A stretch of DNA of 64,000 nt. Origin: a virus. The notes beneath the pieces were generated by a model. The model was not told where the DNA came from. It did no database searches and saw only the letters and a list, made by a program, of their open reading frames with translations. Within the stretch, counting starts at the first letter, position 1. Every line of letters begins with the position of its first letter. Below, piece after piece: positions 42,511 to 52,728 of the stretch. A program made the translations under genes and the position numbers. The stretch covers positions 32,001 through 96,000 of IMG/VR virus record IMGVR_UViG_3300049460_000134. The stretch is one strand, 5' to 3'.

Positions 42511-43455
42511 CCACGCGTAACCCAACGGGCGCTATGCGAAAACAATCATGTCAACAGCAACAAAGAGGTTACATGAGCAATCGCATTAAGCTTCCGAAGC
42601 GCGTCAAGCAGGCACTCGAACAGGTCGGGAGCTACAGGCTCGAGCAGGGTGGGAAGCATGTTCGGATCTACGTTAACGAAGTGCTGGCAGGAATCGTGCC
42701 ACATGGAGTGCGAGGCGACGGCGAGATCCCTGGACGCGCGATGCTGAACGTGGTCTCCCAGATTCGAAGAGCAGGAAGGGCGGTGACATGCTGACAAGAA
42801 TTGGCGTTTGGGTCTGGCGACTGATGAAGCTCGGCGTGGCTCTTGGCGCGATAGCTGCCGTAAGAGAGGTAGGCAACAATGCCGTCTATCACTTTTCGGG
42901 CCCCGAGAGTTCACCAAGCAATTGGGTGCTCGTGCGGCAGCTCGAAAGCGGCATTCAGGTGCTCGATACCTCAACCGGTCGGCTCTGCTTTATCCTGAAT
43001 GACCCTAAACTGTTCGCGCCTGACTGCTCTCGGACGGCGGTGACGAAGTGACCGAGACAGAAGACTTCAACGAGAAGGAGACGAAGCGGAAAGTGCTCGT
43101 GCGCAACGAGCAGCGGAAGCTTCGTGCCAGCTTTGGGAACACCATAGGCGGTGGCGTCGTTTCTGTCGGAACCGCCGGTCCTGTTGTAGCCTGGTTTGCA
43201 GGCACTATATCTCAGCTACCGGTCCTAGGAATCATGATTTGGTTCTGCATCGGCGTTGTGATACACAGTTTGGCAATGGACGTCTTAGAAGGGATGGAAA
43301 TCTGATGGACTTCAACCAGGCCTATACTACGACCGGCGTTGTCGTTCTCGCTGCGCTTTGCGGCGTGCTCTTCTATCGGAAGCTGGCGCGCGCGAACTGG
43401 AACGTGATGGAAGCGCTCAACAGCTTCATCCATATGACGCGCATCTGATTTTGCC

Positions 43456-43480
43456 AAGGGCGCTTGACGGCGCCCTTTTT
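43456..43480 (+). terminator. Intrinsic terminator
   Basis: aagggcgc/gcgccctt stem plus T-tract. Confidence 0.7.
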
Positions 43481-43624
43481 CGGCTCTAGTTGTGTCAGTA
43501 AATCCTGACTGACTCCTGACATATCCACCCGAACTCCTGTCTCAGACATGCGATAACAAATCATCGAAAGAGACGACGCATGTCCGCATGCGTCAGTAAA
43601 CACTGACTGACAAGAGGATTTGGC

Positions 43625-44134
43625 ATGACTGAACACATCATAAACGAGCAGCGCATCGACGTTCCGGATGACATGACGGTCGTCCTCGAGACAGGCTTCG
43701 CCGGAGCATTCGATCACATTCGCTACCGCGGCGTCGAGATCTGCACCTACGAGCAGGATGACGACCAGGCTTACACCAGCGGATTTGCTGTCTGCATCAA
43801 TGGCGACCCCGAGCATGTGAATGAGCTCGCCGAAGCGCGCACCATGATCGACGCCTACCACGCGGAAATGCTCCTGGCGTTCACTTGCAAAGACTGCGCG
43901 GTCAACACCTCGGCGATCGGCGAATATTACATGGTGACTGACGACCTCTGGGCGAAAGCAGGCATGGCGCCTGACGGCGGCATGCTGTGCATCGGCTGCC
44001 TGGAGACGCGGATCGGCCGGCAGCTCATTGCAAAGGACTTTCCGGACTATCCGGTCAACGCGATCGGCTTCTCTTCCAAATCGGAACGCCTCATGTCGCG
44101 CATCACATGCGCCGAAGTCCTCGAGGCTGCGTGA
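43625..44134 (+). CDS. Hypothetical protein with C-terminal Zn-finger-like domain
   Basis: CKDC...YYMV..DLW...LCIGCLETRIGR. Confidence 0.55.
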   Translation: MTEHIINEQRIDVPDDMTVVLETGFAGAFDHIRYRGVEICTYEQDDDQAYTSGFAVCINGDPEHVNELAEARTMIDAYHAEMLLAFTCKDCAVNTSAIGEYYMVTDDLWAKAGMAPDGGMLCIGCLETRIGRQLIAKDFPDYPVNAIGFSSKSERLMSRITCAEVLEAA

Positions 44135-44923
44135 TGGTGCGTTGGTTCGGCTCGAGACCAACCAATCCAGCCTCCGAGGCTGATAAGATCGACGTTCTGC
44201 TGCTGGCTCGGCGGGACGAAGGCGTGAAGATCGCCGCAAACAATCATGGCGTGGTCGAGCTGCTGTTTCAGCTCGGCATGCTCAAGCACAAAGGTAAACA
44301 GACGGTTCGTGCCACAAAGGCAGGCCGCGCATACTTGGAGAGATTCGAATGGGCGCGCTAGGTCGCATCAGCAAGAAAATGCATAAGCACACCGCCAAGA
44401 TCGACTCGCTACGGATGGGCTCGACTCCGAAAGATCCGCCACGGCGCAAGGAGCTGTTCATGCCGGCTGGATACCAGCCTGGCGAGCTGAACATCGTGCC
44501 GACGCCAGGCATGAGAAGCAACCGCATGTCGATGTCTGTTGGCGATCATGCGCGTCATGGGAGCCAGATCGTGCTCGTTGACATGGAGATCGCCAGGCAT
44601 GACCTAGACGAGCGCATGGCCGGCTACGACGCCGAGATCATCTACGTCGATGAGCTGGAACAGGTCGTGCCACCACACGGACAGAAATATCCGAAACATG
44701 CCCTGGCGCGCAAAGGCTCGATCTTCCAAGGCATCTGCAATCGCACGGCATGCGACAACGTCGACGCGCGCTTCTACAACAAGGGCACGTTTGGCTACTA
44801 TTGCACGTCATGCGGCTGGGCAATCAACGGGCGCAAGACCGGCGACGAGCGGCTCTGCATCGAGGTCGATCACAACCTCACCCATGACGAAATGAACCAG
44901 CTCTACAGAGGACACACGTTCGC

Positions 44924-45124
44924 ATGAGAGAGCACGCCGACGGCACACGCATTCGCCTGATTGAAATGACGGACCCTTATCCGGCCCCGGTCGGCACAGA
45001 AGGCACGATCACCGGCTACGAGCCGAGCATCGGCTATCTGAACGAGGCCTACCACGTCAATTGGGACAACGGCAGCAGACTCAAGGTGCTGGTCGATGTC
45101 GATCACTGGGAGGTCATCGAATGA
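44924..45124 (+). CDS. DUF4314 family protein
   Basis: GTRIRLIEMTDPY..PVGTEGT...VNWDNGS. Confidence 0.75.
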   Translation: MREHADGTRIRLIEMTDPYPAPVGTEGTITGYEPSIGYLNEAYHVNWDNGSRLKVLVDVDHWEVIE

Positions 45125-45503
45125 CGGTTAGCGATCAGCTCATCAAGGATCTCACGTTCTCGCTGGCATGCGGCCATGACGAAGGCTACATCAGAAATCA
45201 GGCCTGGAGCCTTCACTGGCGACTTAAGGTGCGTCGCATCGAGGACAAGGCGCGCGATAACGTCTTCTCGATCGCTACCATCGCTCTCCGCGAGAACCTG
45301 TGCGGCCGCGGACACTTCACGGCGCTGATCCGGCACCTGGTCGAGCATCCAACGATCGCCGGCCGGTCCCTGGACTGGCTTTACATCGAGCAGTGCCGCT
45401 TCAGGCTCGGTGAGCATTTGCGCCGCGAGCTCGGCTTCAAAATCGACGACGGCATGGTCATAGACGCCTGGCGCCGCACGACCTCGCAGATGGAGCTCGG
45501 CCT

Positions 45504-45857
45504 ATGAGCGCAATAGCGGCGCCACCACGCGATCCAGATGGCCTCTGGCATGAGGTCGCAACCAAGTTCAACGGCAAGCATTGGTATGTCCTGCTCGAAG
45601 GCAGAGGCCGCAATCGAAACCTGGCTTCGATCAACCGCCACATCGAAGGCGAGTGGGAAATGTTCGAACACGGCGCCTATGCCGATATCGAAGTGGTTTG
45701 GCTCAGCCTGAAGGACGTCAACGCGCCGGTCGTGGTTGCGGCGAAGCCGGAGATCGAATGGGAAGAGGCTGGCGATTTGCTGGATGAGGCTGAGATCATT
45801 CCAGCCGAGCCGCCGGTCGATCCATACGCCGCCCTGCCGAACTACGGGAGATTCTGA
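45504..45857 (+). CDS. Hypothetical protein with C-terminal LPNYGRF tag
   Basis: ORF ends YAALPNYGRF*. Confidence 0.55.
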   Translation: MSAIAAPPRDPDGLWHEVATKFNGKHWYVLLEGRGRNRNLASINRHIEGEWEMFEHGAYADIEVVWLSLKDVNAPVVVAAKPEIEWEEAGDLLDEAEIIPAEPPVDPYAALPNYGRF

Positions 45858-46075
45858 TGGGTGAGGACGACTATGATCTGCTCGATCGCGGCTGCACCTG
45901 TCACACAAGTCATCCACCCTGCAGCTTTTGCACGGAGCTCGGCGAGGATGAGATCGAGGTTTATCATGACGGCGGCGCCGAGGCTGTGCGCGATCGGCGT
46001 ATCGCTCTGGAGAATGGCGAGACCTGGCCGCCACCGTCGCCATACGCCGACAATCCGGATTATGGGAGGTTCTGA
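45857..46075 (+). CDS. Cys/His-rich small protein with C-terminal PDYGRF tag
   Basis: CTCH..PPCSFC; ends YADNPDYGRF*. Confidence 0.55.
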   Translation: MGEDDYDLLDRGCTCHTSHPPCSFCTELGEDEIEVYHDGGAEAVRDRRIALENGETWPPPSPYADNPDYGRF

Positions 46076-46383
46076 TGATTGAATCCGGTGTTGGTCCAGA
46101 GTCCTGGCGCAAGATCTATCCGTCGTCTGAGTGGGAGACCTACAGGCGGCATCAGTTTCCAGCCGGCGACCGGCTCGTCATGGTCCGGCACAAGGAGAGC
46201 ATGCGCGCCGCGGTGCTGTCGTTCTTTCACAAGGAAGGCGATCTGCATTGGATTGTCCATTGGGACGGTCACTCGATGGGCACGCTGACCTGCTTTGAAC
46301 AGATGGTCGCGCGTGGTGTCACCGCCATGGACTCTGCGCCTGCCGCCGAATACGCGGAACTGCCTAATTTCGGCAGGTTCTAG
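46075..46383 (+). CDS. Hypothetical protein with C-terminal LPNFGRF tag
   Basis: ORF ends YAELPNFGRF*. Confidence 0.55.
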   Translation: MIESGVGPESWRKIYPSSEWETYRRHQFPAGDRLVMVRHKESMRAAVLSFFHKEGDLHWIVHWDGHSMGTLTCFEQMVARGVTAMDSAPAAEYAELPNFGRF

Positions 46384-46487
46384 GTATCTATTAAGCCAAC
46401 AATTCCAGCAGCTTAGCCGACTCTATCCAGTCGGACGCCTTTGTGCGTCGCGCTAAGATGCATCATCAACAACGAAAGCGACACGAC

Positions 46488-47838
46488 ATGAAGAAGACGC
46501 TTTCCACCCTCTTAAAGCACTGCGCATCGCTCGGCATGACGTTCGTCTGCTACTACGACGACTTCAGCGATCCAGACTACAGGGGCACGAGCCAGCCCGC
46601 CGCCAAGGAGGCGCTTGAGGCTTGCGACGTCATGAACCTCGTTGTCCTCGACAGCGAAGGCAAGCGTTGGGGCTGGGCGCTCATCGTCAATGAACACGGC
46701 CAGAATCCAGAAGAGCAGGTCGCCGACTACACGGCGAGGGATCCAATCAATTTTTGGTTCAATCCGGAGGAGGCGGCATGAGCACGGTCAAGATCCGGTT
46801 TACCAATATCGATGCGAGACCCAAGGAGGTTTCGTTCGACATTTCCAAGGATGGTGTCAAAGACGTGATGGCCTGGTATGGCGGCTATCACTCCGGCGAT
46901 CGCTATTCCGTCCACATCGACGGCGCGAAGGTTAAGAAGGATCTGAACGGCGAGCTGGTCGGAGAGCTGGCATGAGCGCTGAAGCAACCGAGATCCAGGT
47001 GTTCGGCATGACCACCAACGGAAAGACAGGGGACAGCCGCATCGCTCAGCGCGGCGAGGTTGTCGAATACTATGACATTCTCGTGCGCGGCGATCCCGAT
47101 GAGGAGACCGGCGAAATTCCGGAGATCGAGGAGTTCGAGGATCTGACCTATCTGCAGATGGTCGAGAAGGTCGCGGAGCTGGAGCGGAAATACGATCTTT
47201 GCTCCGAAGAGGTATGGGGATTCTGATGAAAAATCCAAAGTATTTCGTCCTCAACGAGCACACGCTGGGCTACACAATCGAGGAGACGTCTGGCTGGTTT
47301 GGCATCTTGCACGCCAGCATTCTCAAGGGCAGCACCTACGACCGACTGAGTGGTCCAGTCGTGATCTCGCCGAGCGACACGCTGCGGCCTGCCACCAAGG
47401 CTGACTTCGATGAATATCGCGTATCCTGGAAGGGGCATTTGGATGACTGAACTTATATCTATCGCCGACGACGCGGCTATCGAGCCAGTCTTTGACTTCT
47501 CCTCGCCTGAAGACGTGCTGATCGAGGTCATCATGCACGACCTGGCCGGCTCCAAGACCGACTGGAAGAACTTCGGCATCGAGTCCACGACGATCATCAA
47601 CGGCAAGGAAGGCGTGATCGGCGCTGCCGAGTATGAGCGCACCGAAGGCGGCTTCCTCGACTACACGATCAAGGACATGATCGACCCGCCTGGCGAAGGC
47701 TGGTTCGTAATCGTCGGTGTCACCGCCACCTATCATCGCGGCGATGGATGGATGACCGATGACAATATGAGCTTCGAACATCAAACCGTGCGGCCTGCGA
47801 CGCCGGACGAGATTGCCTCGGAGAGCGTGACTCAATAG
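46488..47838 (+). CDS. Operon of five small hypothetical ORFs
   Basis: Coupled stop/start overlaps at 46778, 46972, 47226 and about 47443. Confidence 0.5.
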
Positions 47839-48287
47839 CTTGCTGCCAATGATTCACATGGGGGATAAGCATGCTCAAAGGACCGCTTAAATGGTGGATC
47901 CTCTTCTTTCTCGTGATGGCCGCTGTGATCATCCACGATCAGAGCCGACGTCGCATCAAGGACGGCGTAGACTGCACGAACATCAAAAATTGGGGTCGCC
48001 AAATCTGTGAAGACACTTGGCGCGACGGCTCTGGTAGCGACGACGTCAAGAGCTAAGGCTCATTTCCGACAAGCGATAGTTATCGATAGTCAGCCACACC
48101 GGCGCCGAATCCCATGGACGACAGAACAGATTGAGCCGTTCGCTTCTTGATCGAGGCGAGCGGCATTTCTTTACAATGCGTTAACGCCACGGCGAGCCGC
48201 AGGGTTAACAAGTGGTTAACGGCCATTCTCCTTGCAGACCCTATCTAGGGCTTCTATTAGACCAGCCTGCAACAACAGAGGTCACAC

Positions 48288-48560
48288 ATGAAGTCCATTC
48301 TCACCGCCGCACTCGTCGCTCTCAGCGCTCTCCCCTCTTTCGCCTATGAGGCAGACACGCCGAGCCGCGCCATCATGATCTATCCGGATTCCACGCCTGA
48401 CGACCGCATCAACGTCTCCGGCATCATGCCCTGGAGCGATTGCGAAAAGGTCGTGGCACAGCCGGCAGACGAGAACAACAAAGGCTCGATCGTCTTTTGC
48501 GTGCCTGCCGACATGCGAGAAGGCTCGATCAGCGGCGCCGTGCCGTTCACGCGCAATTAA
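48288..48560 (+). CDS. Small secreted protein
   Basis: Signal peptide MKSILTAALVALSALPSFA; followed by terminator 48567-48594. Confidence 0.55.
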   Translation: MKSILTAALVALSALPSFAYEADTPSRAIMIYPDSTPDDRINVSGIMPWSDCEKVVAQPADENNKGSIVFCVPADMREGSISGAVPFTRN

Positions 48561-48663
48561 GTGACCAGGCCGCCACGGAGCGGCCTTTTCTTTTGGTCTG
48601 GTTAGTCAGTCAATATTGACTTACAATAACGGAAAGATTTCCCCTTTCTATTGGAGACACGAC

Positions 48664-49299
48664 ATGCCAGCGCCGAAAAATGACATCAGACAGTTCCGCT
48701 TTAAGGTGCGGATCACCGCTCTCGGGCGAGAAGAATACACCGGCAAGATCGCCAAGGTCTCCTTTAAGGACGGGCTTTCCGAGAATTTCGTCAGCTATCA
48801 AGAGGCGATGTCCGTCTGTGCGACTATCACCGCCGAGATCTCTCCGGATTACGGCGACGGCGATCTGAATTTCAGCCCCGCCAGCCCCGCCCTTCTTGCG
48901 GCTCAATTTGCTACCGAGCGCGAAGACGATGCGCCCGATACGGTAGCAACGAAGGTTGTCCTGCCCAATGTCGAACCGCTCGCCATCAAGACCATCCAGG
49001 GTTCTGAATACTTGCTGAGCGACAGCGACGCCGGCTATCTGCTCGACTTCGAGGAGGGCTGTGAAATCACTGTGCCGAGCGGTTTGAAGGAAGGCTTCTA
49101 CTGCTCGCTGCGACAGGGCGGCGACGATCAGATCGAGGTCGCCGGTGATGATCCCGAGATCGGGCGTGCCGTGATCGTCGAGGAAATCGACGACCTGTTC
49201 TTCTCCGAAAAGCGCCTGGCGATCCTGCACCTGGCACGATTCCCTGATGGCAGCTTCCAGCTTACCGGCCGCACCGGCGAAGAGCAGGAGTCGGCGTAA
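48664..49299 (+). CDS. Putative virion accessory/fibre-associated protein
   Basis: YLLSDSDAGYLL...ITVPSGL..GFYC..RQGG pattern recalled from phage fibre-associated domains. Confidence 0.4.
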   Translation: MPAPKNDIRQFRFKVRITALGREEYTGKIAKVSFKDGLSENFVSYQEAMSVCATITAEISPDYGDGDLNFSPASPALLAAQFATEREDDAPDTVATKVVLPNVEPLAIKTIQGSEYLLSDSDAGYLLDFEEGCEITVPSGLKEGFYCSLRQGGDDQIEVAGDDPEIGRAVIVEEIDDLFFSEKRLAILHLARFPDGSFQLTGRTGEEQESA

Positions 49300-51473
49300 T
49301 GCGTCACCCCTTCCTCTCCCGCTTCGATCATAGCGGCCGCTCCGGATCTTCCGGTGGCGTGCCGCGCTTCACCCTTGACTACGACTCGATCGCCGAAGAT
49401 TTCGAGATCGGCTGGTCTGTTACCAGCCTCCTGATCAACGGCGATACCAACGATCCTAACTACACCAGCTTCGTCATCGTCGATGACCCGGATGGGAGGT
49501 TCTCGATCAGCGGAAGCACTCTGTTCCTTGCTGCTCTGGTGGATTACGAGACCAAGTCGAGCCACGACGTGTCGATCATGGCTATTCACGCTACCGACCC
49601 GACCAAGAACATCGTCAAGACCTTCACCATCCAGGTCGAGAACCTTGCAGAAGGCCTGCTTGGCCCGACCGTGGCGAGCTTCATCTCGGGTGCGGCGCCT
49701 GGCACGGTCGTTTGCGACATCACCGGTCTAGACGTCAGCGTGAACGAGCGGCTTTTGGCGATCCTGTATCCCGCGAACAACAAGGTTGTCATCAGTCCGG
49801 ACGGCATGCAGCTCCTTGTGGGCACAAACCTTCAGTCGGCAGGACAGACGGAAACCCTCAGCATTGTTACCAACCGTGGCCGGAATCTCAACATCGATGT
49901 CACCGCCCAGTCGGCAGAGCAGCCGATCTACCGCGTGGCAACGCGTCAGTATGGCACCGGCTACAACGCCGAAAGCGTTGCGCTGACTGGCGATGGCTCG
50001 ACCAAGACCTATACGACCTCGCTCGTCAACGAGAGTGGTCGGCAGATGGATACGGTCGCGATCGCATTCCAGGGCTGGGGTCTCATCACGACTGGCACGC
50101 AGCCTGTCGGGAACGACAACACCATGTCTGGCACGATCACCTACAATGGCGTGACGCAGAACTTTCAGGACGTTGTGGTGCCCAATGGTGACGACACGCA
50201 GAATGCGGATCTTGCTCTCTCGACGCCGATCCCGGCAGGCGCAAGCTTCAGCATCAACCTTAGCTCTCCGGTCGCAAGCGGTGCCAAGTATCCGCCGCGG
50301 CTTGGCTTTGCTGGCGTGCTGACCAAGGCTCTCGAGTCCGAGCTGGAGCCTGCCTTCTACGGCATCGGTGACTCGATCGCGACCAACAATGGCGCAGCAC
50401 TCATGAACGCCTCGATCGGCAAGTGCCCTGTCTACCAGGCGTCGATCGTCGGAACGACCGCACAAGCCTATGGCGAGAATACCGCCAACTTCCTGCGCCA
50501 GAAGAACCTGGCAAAGCGGCTTGGTGCGGACTTCTTCTGCGACTTCGGCACCAACGACCTGATCGCCAGCAAGACGCCGGCGCAGATCCTCGGCTGGCTG
50601 AAGAACATGCGCGATCTCGCCAAGGCAGACGGTATCGGCTGGATCCAGACGACGATGCTGCCGCGCGTCACCAAGAAGGCAGCGGTCGCCGTGACCAGCC
50701 TGACGTCCGATGGCATCAGCAACAGGATGAAGATCAAGGTTGCGGACGCGTCGATCTTCACGATCGGTCAGGCCTACTCGGTGGCAGGCGCAACACCGGC
50801 TGGCTACAACGGCTCGACGATCTGTGACGGACTCGACCTTGCACAGAACGAGGCAACCTTCATCTGCGCCAATGGTCTCGCGAGCCCCGCGACCGGCACG
50901 ATCACCATCACGGCTCGTAATCCGACCAACACGGCCTACTGGCAGCAGCCGGCGAACTCCAACTACAATCCAGGCGCGGCAAGCCCTCGTGGCGTGTTCA
51001 ACACGGCAGTTCGAAATGGACCATCCAGCGGTGACTTCGACGCCTTTGTAGATTGGGCGGATGCCGTAGAGCCCTTCCGTGACAGCGGCCGCTTTGCCGT
51101 GGCTGGCGAAAAGGGCAAACTGCCGTTGCCTGTCATCGCGACCGTCATCGCCGGCGGCACCAGGACGACCACGCGTTTCAATACCGACTACGGCGTTGGG
51201 TCGAGCACGACGGCAAACGGTCTGGTGCAGTTCATCACCGGCGCCAATGCCGGCCAGCTCAAGGGCGCATCGAACAACACCGCCGGCGACATCACGTTGC
51301 TGACGGCTCTGACCGCGGCTCCGGCTGTCGGCGACAAGATGTGGGTTTGGCCTGGCGTCTGCTACCAGTCCGACGACGGTATCCACGACCGCGTCTCGAC
51401 AGGCGGCATGGGTGGGCAGGTGCTCCTCGATGATGAGACCCAAGAGTTCCTCATCGAAGCGATTGCCGCCTAG
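49299..51473 (+). CDS. Cadherin/Ig-like plus SGNH hydrolase protein (putative carbohydrate esterase)
   Basis: LVDYETKSSH cadherin-like motif; GDSI, GTND and DGIH SGNH blocks. Confidence 0.65.
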   Translation: MRHPFLSRFDHSGRSGSSGGVPRFTLDYDSIAEDFEIGWSVTSLLINGDTNDPNYTSFVIVDDPDGRFSISGSTLFLAALVDYETKSSHDVSIMAIHATDPTKNIVKTFTIQVENLAEGLLGPTVASFISGAAPGTVVCDITGLDVSVNERLLAILYPANNKVVISPDGMQLLVGTNLQSAGQTETLSIVTNRGRNLNIDVTAQSAEQPIYRVATRQYGTGYNAESVALTGDGSTKTYTTSLVNESGRQMDTVAIAFQGWGLITTGTQPVGNDNTMSGTITYNGVTQNFQDVVVPNGDDTQNADLALSTPIPAGASFSINLSSPVASGAKYPPRLGFAGVLTKALESELEPAFYGIGDSIATNNGAALMNASIGKCPVYQASIVGTTAQAYGENTANFLRQKNLAKRLGADFFCDFGTNDLIASKTPAQILGWLKNMRDLAKADGIGWIQTTMLPRVTKKAAVAVTSLTSDGISNRMKIKVADASIFTIGQAYSVAGATPAGYNGSTICDGLDLAQNEATFICANGLASPATGTITITARNPTNTAYWQQPANSNYNPGAASPRGVFNTAVRNGPSSGDFDAFVDWADAVEPFRDSGRFAVAGEKGKLPLPVIATVIAGGTRTTTRFNTDYGVGSSTTANGLVQFITGANAGQLKGASNNTAGDITLLTALTAAPAVGDKMWVWPGVCYQSDDGIHDRVSTGGMGGQVLLDDETQEFLIEAIAA

Positions 51474-51775
51474 CGCGGCAGTTGGCCAAGGATCCACATG
51501 TTATGATCCTTGGCCCCACACTTTCGGCACCTAAGCATGTGCTTCAAGGAGCCAATATACGTATTGGCTCCATATTTCCTGACCAGCTCCCAGCGATCCA
51601 CCCATCCGTCATGCTCGCATTTGATGCAGTGTCCGCCGAGCGCATAATACTCAGGCAGATCATCAAAAACCGTGTGCTGTGGATCCATGAGTGGTCCCAG
51701 GTAGGTGATGCCGTCAGACGGTCGCCGCACCAGTTCCACACCTCGCCGGTGTTTCATTGTTCCTATTTTGTTCAC
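51470..51775 (-). CDS. Small Zn-ribbon protein
   Basis: CIKC and CRKC pairs. Confidence 0.5.
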   Translation of the reverse strand: MNKIGTMKHRRGVELVRRPSDGITYLGPLMDPQHTVFDDLPEYYALGGHCIKCEHDGWVDRWELVRKYGANTYIGSLKHMLRCRKCGAKDHNMWILGQLPR

Positions 51776-51788
51776 TAAACAGCCGGAG

Positions 51789-52145
51789 TCAATTAGCCTC
51801 TGGTGATATGGCAGGTTTTCTTTTCCTCGAGCCCTTCAGTTTCAGCCGTGGCTCAGGGCGCAACTGGATATACTCTTCCAGCATCATGAGCATTTCAGCA
51901 GCCGCGGCGGCCGCCACGAACGCAGCTCTTGCCTCTTCCGGATCAACCTTGCCTTCCATAGCGGCCAGGCACACCAGTTGCGCGTTCTGCCACTCCTCGC
52001 CGCGGTCATCTTCAGGCCAGCGGAAGACCAGGCTGTAAGCCAGGTCGCCAAGGGTAGCGTGCCGGCGCATGTTCACGCCTTTGCGCTTCTCGATGCAGAC
52101 GATGGCATCGCGGATGCTCATGTGCTCGCCAATGTATTCAGCCAT
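51789..52145 (-). CDS. DUF982 family protein
   Basis: WP....W..A..VCLAAMEG...PEEARAAFVAAA..A; family typical of Rhizobiales. Confidence 0.75.
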   Translation of the reverse strand: MAEYIGEHMSIRDAIVCIEKRKGVNMRRHATLGDLAYSLVFRWPEDDRGEEWQNAQLVCLAAMEGKVDPEEARAAFVAAAAAAEMLMMLEEYIQLRPEPRLKLKGSRKRKPAISPEAN

Positions 52146-52299
52146 ACGCATTACCTCCAAGGGAGTCCAAGGTAGGCGTCACATGTTACGAATCCAAGAG
52201 CCATATTAGAGTCGCCTAAAAGAATCTTCCGAACATAGCCGCGAGCTTCCCAGCAGCGAGCATGCGATAACAAATCATCAAAGACGAAGAGAGAAAGAG

Positions 52300-52665
52300 A
52301 GCTAACAGTGAGATCGCCATGTGAACGATGAGGGTAGCTACCTCGACCGCAAATAGCTCGGCTCCGATTAAGCTCGTCACGCTCATACGGTAGGCAGACC
52401 GCTACAATAGAGGATGGGATAGATATGCGCCCTACCCTCCGGCTGCTGAGTCCGCTTTGTCGCCCACTCGCTTAGAGATCCGGGGTGAAATCAATCCACC
52501 TGTATGCCTTGCGCCGAACCCTTGACCCCGGCAGGCGCATTGTCACAGCGAGCCATCGCTTGATTGCTCACGATCCACTCCCTACGCGGTGAAGAATGTA
52601 GCCTCGTTGTGAACCGAAGGACCGCTCGGAGTGAGATCAATGAACAATCGCCGCAAATAGCCACT
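52300..52665 (+). ncRNA. Candidate large structured non-coding RNA
   Basis: ORF-free region after a promoter motif, with several long-range stems and internal direct repeats. Confidence 0.45.
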
Positions 52666-52728
52666 TGGACGCCGTTCTCAAGTGTCGTATTCAGTAATTA
52701 TTGACTGACAAACACGAAAGAGCGAGCT

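Noticed and set aside
42573-42794. HicA toxin / toxin-antitoxin pair
   Set aside because: Only a GGKH motif supports it, and no antitoxin is recognisable.
45840-46080. GRF tag as a mere by-product of GGGAG SD plus TGATG coupling
   Set aside because: Plausible for some junctions, but the copies at 39494, 42510 and 46383 use other codons, have no coupled start, and keep the upstream PN(Y/F) residues.
49728-51497. 589-aa minus-strand ORF and similar long antisense ORFs (for example 34057-35505 and 9106-10110)
   Set aside because: Shadows of high-GC coding genes on the opposite strand; no recognisable motifs.
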